From Lingula anatina (taxonomy: Eukaryota; Animalia; Brachiopoda): a stretch of 64,000 bases of DNA. Below the pieces are notes generated by a model. The model had not been told where the DNA came from and did not search any database. It saw nothing but the letters and a program-made list of their open reading frames with translations. Shown in pieces: positions 53,103 to 64,000 of this stretch. Every line of letters starts with the position of its first letter. The stretch's first letter is position 1. Where the stretch lies: contig CM120648.1 in assembly GCA_051362555.1 (NCBI GenBank), positions 6,568,587-6,632,586 on the forward strand, given 5' to 3'. Made by a program: the position numbers and the translations under genes.

Positions 53103-56064
53103 ACAGAATTAACTGCCATTCCGCTTGTTTCCTCGCCTCATGCCTGTACATGTCATATATATACCGTATATGATCAACTTTCCAATCTAATACACAGAGT
53201 ATTTCAGTTGTCAAACAGGTTTCAAGCTAGGAATCACACCAACTGGCGGATTACTTTCTTTATGAATAGAACAGTCTGGGGAATAGAAGTGGGCTACTTA
53301 TCAGTTTCATATCGTCTTCAATATTCCAGAGTGGATTGCTCTTCTAGAGAGTTATTCATGATCGCTTTGACAGGATACAATGGAGGATTAGGCTCTTGCC
53401 TTCTCGTAGCATTCAGGAATATTTATATCTATTACAGTTCATTGAACTTGTAAAGTATGGGACTGCGGGGAGGGGGGGAGGGGTAGGGACATGAACGAGC
53501 ATGTTTGATTTTCACTAGTCTTTTGTGTACAGGTTTGCACCTAAAATCTCCAGTTAAATCCTCTTGGCTGTCTTTAATTGAAAATAGCATTCGACTGTTA
53601 AAAAAAGAGCCCATTTTTGATTCAGAGTACATGTATAAAGATAAGTATAGAAATCAGATAAGAATTTCATCAGCTGTGTTATGTTAAAAATAAAGTATTT
53701 TTTTCTTCCATCAACAGTTAAATATTGGAAATGTTTACCTCCAATATTTCTATGGTTATCAGAGCATCTTCATCAGGGAATGAGGCTATCCAGGCGAATA
53801 GCCTCATAAAATAGAATACAAAGGTTTTTGCAAGACATGGCTTGTGATGGATCTAGAGGAAGTTGTCTACACCTGGTGAAAAATCACCTGAAAGCTTTAA
53901 GTGCTGTGCAGATAATTTTCTCTTAGCAACATGACTTGGCGGTTACACCTGAATTCCTCCTCAAGTCAATGACCTTTTTACCCCTCTCTAGTTATGGAGC
54001 CATACATGTAGTTACGTGTGTCAACTTCTTAAAAATACACTTAAAGCCAGCGAGGATTTCCAGCAACGCAAATAAACCACTTTTAATAGTTTCCTACACG
54101 ACTAAAATCTTAAAAGTCGACAAATCAAGCCATAAACCAAATGTATCTATCGTTCAGCTAAAATAGCTTACCAAGTGCACCTTCTTCAATTTTTTGTCGG
54201 AAATTGACCTATTTATCTGGACCTACGGTTCATCATTGCAATGGGGTAGTACTCGCATTGCATAACCATTTCTCCATGTATAGATGTATAGCTTCGCGCG
54301 CCATTGCATACTTATTCAAATGAGACTGCTTATTTATAGCGAAGAAAGAAAGCAGAAAAATCAGATAATACATCATTTTTCGGGAAATATAAAAATACAC
54401 CCTTTGGTATGTCTCTAAGTCATACTAATTGAAAGTATATGGTGGCGTTTGGTCAGGCTTTGTGTCAAAATTGTACTTTAAATCATTTAATGCATCTTTA
54501 AGCTACAACAAATAAATATACATAGGTTGTGAAGGGAATAAACAAAGCAGTATTTCATTTTTTTAATTGGCCTCCTGTTCCAAAGTTTCGTCCCCCAATA
54601 TCCAGAAAACCTTTGCCGATGAGGCCTATGTCACATTTTGCCGGAAAAATCTGAACCACATCTTCAAACCAAATATTCTGAAATATCGTTTTGCCATTTG
54701 CCATAATCCCACCAGCGTGAAACTTTGGAATGACAAAGAAAATTGTGATATGGAAAAAAATGTTACTCATCCCCTTCCAAAAATGTTTAAACACATAAAT
54801 AAGTGAATTAAAAAGTTAACACCCATGCGTCATCGGCAGGTATTCTGAAAATAAAAATTGAAAAAATGAGACTCTATAAGTAAAGCGTAAGAAAAGATGT
54901 TTTGAGGACAGGAATCACTCGAGAGAGCCCAAAGTCTCGCGACTTAACGTGAAATCAAGCGAGATGTCGCGGGGTTTGGAGGAGAGTGGGACCAGAAATG
55001 ATGGCATAAAAGCAGGCAGAATTAACCCATGGACTTCTGTGCTGTATTAGACAAGTAAATCCCTTTGTTAAAATATACTGTACTGATCTGAACTTTATTA
55101 GGTAGATGCCTAAATTGAGGAAAAATGACGTCCTTGAAAACGGGACTTAACTACCCCTGTGGATCAGAATGACACTAATTGGCAGTATTAGGGAAACGCA
55201 TTTCAGATGAACGCTTTTTAGAGGTGCCTTCTCTGGTAGACGTCAATTAAATCTTGTTATTTTGTTGATTTTGTGATTGTCGTCATCCTCTCTTTAACGA
55301 GATACATGTACTTGTACAGTGCACATTTATGTATCTACAACACATTCAGTATTAATAGTATGAACATCATTAGTTCCTTATTTAATGCACATTGTTAAAA
55401 CTCCGGGCGTTAATTACATTGTAACCAGCTACCTGGAGCTGTCATAACGAGAGACCTATTGCAATAGTAATAAGTCACCACGTAACCATTTTAATGAACT
55501 CGGTTAAAATATACATATATGTTTAAGCTTGTTAAGTCATAGCCATTTCAGAAATCTATACTCTACTTGTGGTTAAAATGAATATTTTAAAGGGAACAAG
55601 ATTTAGTGAAATTATTGTAATGATGATGATATATATTTTACATTTTAAAACCCATAATAAAATGTTCGTTAGTCTTTTACACCCCATTTCCATAGATTTT
55701 TAGATTGATCTATCCCTGTGGGGAGTCTCACTAGATTACTGTCAGCTTGGCCGGCTTAAGCGTCTGTCCCGCCTACTAAAAGCTGTAAGGGGGTAATTAA
55801 CTATGGTGCCCGCTCGGCTGACTGCAATTTAGCGTGAACCCCCAGGGAGTTAGGTCGATCTAAATCTTAATCTTTAGATCGATCTAAATCTGGGAAAGCA
55901 CCCTTAACCAGTGTTTTATGGGTATAGGTACAGGTACCAGTACAATGTGTGCAAGGTACATCAAAAGCAAGATTGTTTATAAAAGATATCAAGTACAAAT
56001 AAACTACTTGGATAATTAAAAAATTAAACGAGACTTACCTGTAAGTTGAAGTTTGATAGCAATT

Positions 56065-56177
56065 CCTATTGTCCTTCGGGAACATGAGGGATTAAGCGAG
56101 AATGCGAGGCCTTCTACAATAACTCTAGAAGGCCTCGTATTCTCGCTTTATCCCGAATGTCCCGCGAGGACAATAGG
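56065..56177. repeat. Imperfect fold-back inverted repeat (~50-bp arms, ~10-nt loop)
   Basis: cctattgtccttcggg...aagcgagaatgcgaggccttct / agaaggcctcgtattctcgctt...gaggacaatagg. Confidence 0.85.
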
Positions 56178-56548
56178 CATAAGATGCACACGTATAGATC
56201 TGTCTAAAATATACATGTTTTAACTCAGTCTTAAAATGACCAGGGGTGATGGTATGACTACGATATGGCGACCGCTTTTTTCCACTACCAGGGGGTGGTA
56301 GCAAGGTTGCTGTCCCAGGGGGCTAATAGCAGATGATGACGTCCTGTGACTGCCTTGTGAAATAGGCATTTTGCACTTAGATAATTACATGTTGACTTCT
56401 CTTGCTTACAGAAGAGCATGCTCTCCGGCATTATTTTGTTTACTGGAGAACAAGTTCTTCAGTAAATAAAAGAAATCAATAAGTAGTCATCTAGCTGTAA
56501 AAGGCTCATTAGGGATTGGGCAATAGCGACATGCATGAACAGTGGTCT

Positions 56549-56594
56549 ATCCACCCTAAGATCTAATAAACGTTTATTAGATCTTAGATCCACC
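56549..56594. repeat. Perfect 32-bp palindrome flanked by a 7-bp direct repeat
   Basis: atccacc-ctaagatctaataaac|gtttattagatcttag-atccacc. Confidence 0.9.
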
Positions 56595-59500
56595 GAACCT
56601 GGTTCTTTTGTTTTTTGACAGCCGTTCACTCGTCTTCGAGGTTTTTGATTAAGGTGTCATTTTATTGACTGACATCTACTCCGGTGGATTTTTTTTGTAA
56701 CGTCCCCGCAATTCACTCTTTTCTGTCTGTCTGTACATGTCCTTGCCCTGAAAATGGTACGCCGATCTAACAAGAAAATGGCCGTTTTTCACCTCTCTCT
56801 TTGATCACCCCTGCCAGTAGAGAATTATTGTCACGTTCTTCGATTGGGAAATTCTATTGGCTCATTACTCATTGTCACGTTTAGACTAATGAGCTATCTC
56901 CTCTCTATAATAACTTAGATTCAGACAGATAGCTTAGCCCCAAGTGAAAAAGGCATCGTTGCAATCTAAGCGCGTTTAATTAGTTACCAGGAAACGTGAC
57001 CTGTCACCTCCACTGCTGAAGAATTAAGTTCATCTGCAATTAGCTACCACGCCGGCTGAGCAAGAGATTTTACAAAGGGAGACAGAGAGATGAGGTTGTC
57101 CCGTTTCATAAAGAAAATCACTGGACGTGGACACTTTTAACGTTGAAATTTGGCGAAACTGTGGGTCTGTGAAACAGATAGTCCACCCTCCATTTAATTA
57201 TACAGGTTAGGGTTAGCCTGACGCAAGTGGATCAAAATCTAGGGCGAGGCTTACATGTGCAAATTAATGGGAAGTCTATCACGGGGGACTCTCTTTCACG
57301 ATACACCTGGCGCCCCTCCCCCTCCTCTCCGCGGTCTCTATAGTAACAGATTGAGACCGAGACTGTCATTTTCTCTCCTTTGGTCGAAAAGCATCGTGAC
57401 AAATTCTCTGTCTGCAATTCATCTGATATATTATGTATTATACATCATACTGTGTATTTTGTTAAAATAATTATGATGATCAATTTCAAATGATAAAAAA
57501 GAAGTCTGGGTAGACCTATAAAAACAGGGAAAGAATAAATATACATGTACATTTGGTAGTTAATTTTTAGCATATTACTGTCAACAAAATTTTATTCCGT
57601 AGAAATACAGTGTCCTGAGTATCAAACTTTACGTGTTGGAAAAGTCCAAGCGTCTGACCTCTTTTTAAAACTCAGGCCAACATAACGGTCATATGGCGTT
57701 GTGTAGGGGTTCGAATCATTCTCTAAGAAAGTATCATTTCTAAACCGTCTGCCTTCCATGTCAATCTATGCATAATGCTGTAAATTAAAGCGCCCCCAGT
57801 AGGTCTATAAATACCAACAGCTTTTATTTGTCTCGGACCCTAAAGGTACCACTCTACTGCGCGCATTTGAAAATGTTCCAAATTTGTCTTTCCCAATTCA
57901 GACCTCTAAATGATAAAATCCTTTTAAATAGACCTTGATGTCAAGATTTCCTTTTGAAATATCATGCAGACTATGGCGGTATAAATGTCTGACTGGACAT
58001 TTGTCGCCATTTTATCTTTATTAGAAATGGCATAAAACAACGATAATTTGCGAGTTGGAGAAAATTGATTTTTTCTGGAGGAAAATTAGATTTGGCGTGA
58101 AAATACAGGATAGAATACCAGGCCCAACTGTGCCTTTAAGCTTGTGGGTTATGATATGATACATGTGTTTATTCTGCTTATCACTGTTTCTATTATGTTT
58201 ACCTATGCCATGTTCAACATTATATATTGCATTATTTTAGACGGAGTTTTGATTTTGAAGGAAAATGCCCTATATTGGTGATACAGGCCTGTCGCCAGCA
58301 ATTTTACCGGGAGTGGGAGGGGGCTCAAATAGTGGACCTTTGCACCCCCCCCCCCCATCCACCCCTTCGTTGTTCTGTGGAGAGAAATGGCATAAACCCT
58401 ACCGGGATATCAAAATTTGATCTTGAATAGACTTTAATTGGCCAAAAGGTCGGTTCTTCCGGGACTGTTTCTACTCGCGAGCTTGGCTACAACACATAGA
58501 TGACTAAAATATCAGCCAACTTCAGAGTAAGTATTCTACTGCACTACATGTACACTGCTGGCAATTCTGAAGCATGGAAACACTGGGCTAATACATGTAC
58601 CTGGTAGTAAAAAGTGCATCATCAGCCGATACTGGTATTTCATTTCATCTCGTTTATTTACCCGCCTGATGAAGTGTCCATTAGTCCCAATTTACGGGTC
58701 TGTTCATTCCCGCAGAACGCCCGTTTTGTTTTGAACATTTAATTTGTAATGATGCAACTTATTGGGATTTCACTTAGCTGCAGGTATGCTCCCATTGGGT
58801 GCTTTGATACAGTGGCAAATGTCGGGGGACATACAGTGATCTAAGTATGACGAAACAAGAACGCCAAATTCCAATTTAGGTAGATTTCAAATCCGCCTTG
58901 GCGGAGTCCCATTTTACAAACTTAAAATTATTATGTGACAAAAAAGCCTACTTATAATGCTCTCTTTTAAGTACTAATTAAAAAATATTACTTCGGTGCA
59001 ATTATCCATTTATGAACTAAAAGCAAATTAATGCTGCAACTATTTTCATCAACGCTGAGCCTGTTTCCTTTGATCAAGAGGTCTGGCACTGGCAGCTTGC
59101 TTACAATATCCTCCAGAAACACTTACACTATGGCCTGTGAATTAGCCGTAATCGTTGCTGTTAATAATAAATGATTTGCGAAAAAATCCTTTTAGAATTT
59201 GAATAAAAACAGTAGTTTGACTGCTTGATTTTCTGTATCACTTAACGCATTGCATTAGGGTGACACTTTTTTGCTAGGGGTATACTACAGAAATGGTAAC
59301 TAATAATAACACTTGCGTTATCTAACACCAACGAATTCGCCATCTGTACCTTTTTTGATGATGTAAATGCGGTTTGACAGCCGTCAGTACGTCTTGATAC
59401 AGACAAGCTGTTTCTGGCGTAAATTAAAACTGGCAATTGCAGTATCCATTGTAATAATATATTTGTGAATAGATGACATGCAGTTCATTGAAGTACATTT

Positions 59501-62191
59501 AATGAATTTGTCTTTGGCACGCAAGAACAGTATTCCCATTAGCCGACAGCGGACTTTTGTTTTATGTACTGATGGATTGGTGCATATGTACGTAAGAACT
59601 TAATAGGTACCTGCCGAGGGTATTAATGAAATATTTGGATTTGGTTCTCGTTCATGCAGCGGGACACGTGGACGCAAACCCTTGCAGGTCAAAATGTAGA
59701 TCTTTTAATTAAAACTCCATTTCAACAGGCACCGTCGGTCTACGTGTATCGACCCAACTTTGCGTTGACTCTCGCTGAATGCAATCACCTTCACTGAATG
59801 ACACGCCTTCTGGCGTAAGGTAGTGTAATAAAGCTGATGATTATACGAGTACGTTGGAAGCATGGGAAGGCGTCTCGCTCAGTTAAGCTGATTGCACTTA
59901 GCGAGATTCCGGGATCGCAGTTGGAGTTGGATCGAACCGCGTTGACCGAAGGTGTCTATGGAAATGGAGTCTTATTTTATCTCTGTGTTTGACTCATTTC
60001 TGGCCATTTTAAACGTTTACTGATAGAAAAAATTGACCAGCGAGGAACAGCCCCATAATGTGATCATTTCCCAATTTCCATCTTGGAAAGGGAATCGACT
60101 TTTAAATGAACGGTCAAGCGATCGCACTGGCATAGCTTTAAACTAAGCTGCATTATTTTCCAGTGAAGCCGTCAGCCCGGAAGAATAGGTTTCATTGATT
60201 GCAGCTGCCTATCTAAAGGTGACTAGGCGGACAATGTGTCAAAGTATTTTAACGGTTCTGTATTGAAATCTCATTGGGGGATTTAATGATCAATTCTCTC
60301 TTTGGTTTTTGGTGGGATATCTCTGGTGGACAGCAAGTTAACCACAAGAAGCTAACGGATCAAGGCAGAAACGTGGTTGTATTAGTTAGACAATACCTTT
60401 AACTATTCCTTTGCAATTTAGATCAAAGTCTGATCGAATATTTGGCTTGGTGATGGAATGGAAAGAATGACAGAGAGATCAAAGCGAATGCGGTTTACTC
60501 GGAAAAAGCCCCTAGCTGAATTTTAATTAGGAACTAGTATTACAAGTCAGTTACATGTATGCCATTGTATAAAAAAAGCTGCGAGTTAACGAAATTAATA
60601 TAACAAAACAGCAGTGTAGCAATTCTTATGGTTTCCATCAAAAATAACGCCGTAATTCCTGATAGTAATGCATAAGAGGGATCAAAGTAAAGCCCTGTTA
60701 CTCCGGACTTGCAACGCGTGGAAAAAAATTTCACCCTCTGTGGCTTTGATAATATTTGATAACAAACATCCAGACAAAAGAATTAATGGGCATAAGATTT
60801 TACAGCCGTTTCTTTTGTAACACATACTTGAGAGTTGCCCAAAATTCCCTATCCAAGCGGCTACAAAGCACGCAGTCTGACACTGCGATGAAGTGGGTAT
60901 AGCAAACCGTCTTTTTGCGCTTGATTTAAGCTACCGGGTATAAACTGACGTGATTGTAAAGTTAACATGCTGCAGTAGAAAAGGCCTTGTATGCAATCAA
61001 GTATTGGTCTAATTAAGCGTAAAGGTTAAATCCAAAGTGAGTTTATATATACATTACAATTAATGATAGAAAACTTACTTAAAACAGCCATCGTTAAAAG
61101 GGGCGACAAGATGGGACCATTATCCCATTTCCAGCTTGGAGAAGCGATTTCATCGGCACTGATTCCCAGCAGACCAGCGGTCAGCCGAGCCGTTGTTGAC
61201 AGGGGGTCCCACAGAGAGTATTGGTTTTAAGTGATTCTGGCAGCTTGGATGAAGAGATTTCGCCAATGTCGATTTACAATTTCTAGGGATCTTTATCACA
61301 CGAAATGTCACTGACCTTGTACTTCGTATTCAAGACGAGGACACGTTTCTCATATCTCATTAAATTGATCATTTCTGACATTTCCTGACCGAAAGTGAAG
61401 TATTAATGTATTTTTTTACCGTATCGTGAAAAATTATCAAGACAATGGCATAATACGGTAGTCATTCACAATTTTCTGGAATCTCAATATTGTACTGCAT
61501 GTTATTCATCATTTTCTTGGGAATCAGTACGTTATACTTAAGATCTCCTCGATGTTGTTTCGTTCACATTTCTTAAATGACGGCGAAATTCCTATCACGA
61601 AATCTGAATCGATCTTTTTTTCATGGTTTTTGTTGGCGTCAAAAATTATCAGATTTGATGATTAATTCTGAACAAAATGTCACGCACATTGATGAATGAG
61701 ACGGCAAAGCCTTTTCTGTACTAGACAGCATTCAAGTCGAGATAACGAGCTGGCATCTTGTAAAAATATGTGTGTGCGTCCTTATCTCAATTAATGAAAT
61801 CAATTTTCCAGGCTAATAGTTTCACATAGAAATAGTGCTAACTGCTCGCCAGCCTTGACGCACTTCTTTCACCTTTCATATATAAAAAAGGAATCTTCAT
61901 CAAAGCTGGAAATTAGAAAATGAACCCATTTTGTCGCCTTTCCTTGCTGGTCAATTACAAATTGCGTGCATTAGAATAAAAGATAAATGAATTACGACGG
62001 TAGTTGCCTGCCCGTCGGAAGCTGAAGAATTGAATTATAACACGCGTGAGTTATGATACAGATGCACTTCACAATCGCAACAGGTTAAGAATCTTGTGAG
62101 GCTCGAGAGGCCTTTATTTTGATTCATTTGCCAGCACTGTGAATGGGTTTGCTAGTGGCATTTCTTTTGCAAAAAAAAAAGTAATAATAAA

Positions 62192-62241
<50 letters not shown>

Positions 62242-64000
62242 AATAAATAAATAAAAAATAAGCACGTGTTAAGTTCTAGAAATGAATAACACGAAGGTTG
62301 AAGATATATTTTTTATTGACGAAGTAATAGATTTTATCAAGAGGGAGTGATGGATAAAAAGGATAAAAGTGGTGACGACTGACGCCAATTATGCAGCATG
62401 CAGCGAGGACCCCCCCCCTTCCCTTCCCCAACACCTTTCCAAATAAATTACCAACTCATCTCTCACTCCCTCAAAGGTAGAGAAAAATAGTGTGGTCTGA
62501 CAAAATTACTGTTAAACTTTCCCAAAATGGAGCGCTGTCCTTTTCGATAGCCTGGAACTGCATGTGAACTGCCATTTATAGATTTCAGTTGTCATATTGA
62601 TTTTATTAATGAATGCGTTAGATTAAGTTGGGGGGGGGTCAGTTTTCATCGGCAACAGACAACAATCAAGAGTGTATGGTTTTCATTAACTTTATTACCA
62701 TCTAAAGCATCGACGCTGAGAAGATCAGGGATGATTGTTTCATGTTTATCTTTGTCTCATTCTTGCTTATTTTGTTTGGGGAAAGTTAGAACTGGAGGAT
62801 ACTCGGAGTATTTAGGGGCACCATCTGGAAAATACGGCCGCTGTTTGAGCGTGGTGGCTGATTAGATTAAAAAGGGTAGTGGGTTGACACCGCAACACAC
62901 AAACGATTCTGAGCATCAGAGGTTACAACACGTATCACTGACCTAGCAGCCGTTATTAACATCGTTGTATACTGTAGAGAAAATCTTCACTAGAATAAAA
63001 TAATTTCATAGTTAGAAAACAACGATGGAACTTGTGTTATTCATTCGACAAATTATATCAGCGGGAAGAAGAAAAACGGCGGTGATACAGTTACAGGATC
63101 ATTTACAGACGAGTCCAATATTGGGTCGAAGTGCTTCCTAATGGAACCCTAGTTTGACGCAGACGTTTTAATTGTACTCCAAATTGGCATTTCCTCAAAG
63201 GAAACGATGCATGTTCCAATAATACAAGAATCCATTGACTCGTATGTCTTAACATTACAAAACATGTGTTATGCTTTGAGATTCATATTTTTTTTTCAAT
63301 TTGTCGCCATTATTACATGTTGTCGTAATATGAGACAAATTGTTGCTAACAGAGCTGGGTCAAAACGTGTTTGATTTATGGGCGTCTGACAACAGTACAT
63401 TAAAAACCAATAAGAATACACGTTATTACTTTTTGTTACCACCTCATATATCCCGCAGTGAAATGTAGGGAGACGCATGAGACGCGTTTAACTTTTTGAT
63501 GCATATTTCAGAACACAGTTAACGGCCTAACGAGCGGCTTTTGTGTCTTTTATTTTCTACAGTTGTTATCTTTGATTACTTCGAGATCAATACCGGAGCA
63601 AATGTTTTACTGATGACTGTTCTGTGCGAACTGAAAACCAAGCACCATCTGTTTTTGTCATCTAAAGTAGCATTTTATCTTTTTCTTTGGATGCGTATTT
63701 GTTCGAGTCAATTTCCCTCCTTTTATGACGAAAACAATATTGTTACAAAAGTCATTGGCAGTCAAGAGTATTGGCGTCAATGGCTATCGTAGTTATCTTT
63801 AATGACCTAAAGATATTAAAACCCGGGTAATTGCCTGCTATTGCGCGAATTATTACCCGTAAACGATTAGTGGTACTTGCAGTGTATTTTTAAAGAAAAC
63901 AATCAAAATAAGATTCTACGTGGTATCATGTGTGATCAAAGTGATACGCATTATTTTAAAGCTGTAATAGTTTCATCATTATTATCGATTTCTAGTGCGT

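Noticed and set aside
52869-53453. 194-aa ORF
   Set aside because: TTG start, built partly from a 120-bp tandem duplication, and no recognisable protein features.
56395-56465. Acceptor-like cttgcttacag as a candidate constant opsin exon
   Set aside because: The phase-0 frame stops after ~17 codons and has no opsin motifs.

Overview
Eukaryotic, AT-rich, repeat-rich invertebrate genomic DNA; the repeat and gene types suggest a lophotrochozoan or mollusc, which is an inference. From left to right the window holds: the 3' end of a carbohydrate sulfotransferase (+); an intronless ~1070-aa orphan multi-pass membrane protein (-); a spliced myeloid leukemia factor (MLF) gene (-) with a likely alternative last exon; and three paralogous opsin-like exons on + (25978, 32479, 45090). 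Each opsin-like exon has its own ATG, encodes N-terminus to TM5, and ends in a phase-0 GT donor at the same codon. I could find no TM6-TM7 exon between them or in the 18 kb after the third. This suggests a protocadherin/UGT1A-style locus with alternative 'variable' first exons spliced to shared 'constant' exons outside the window. The three exons share Cys188 and differ at counterion position 181 (bovine rhodopsin numbering). The rest is non-coding, with a Helentron/HINE-like element, RTE and L2 LINE remnants, MITEs, palindromes and microsatellites.
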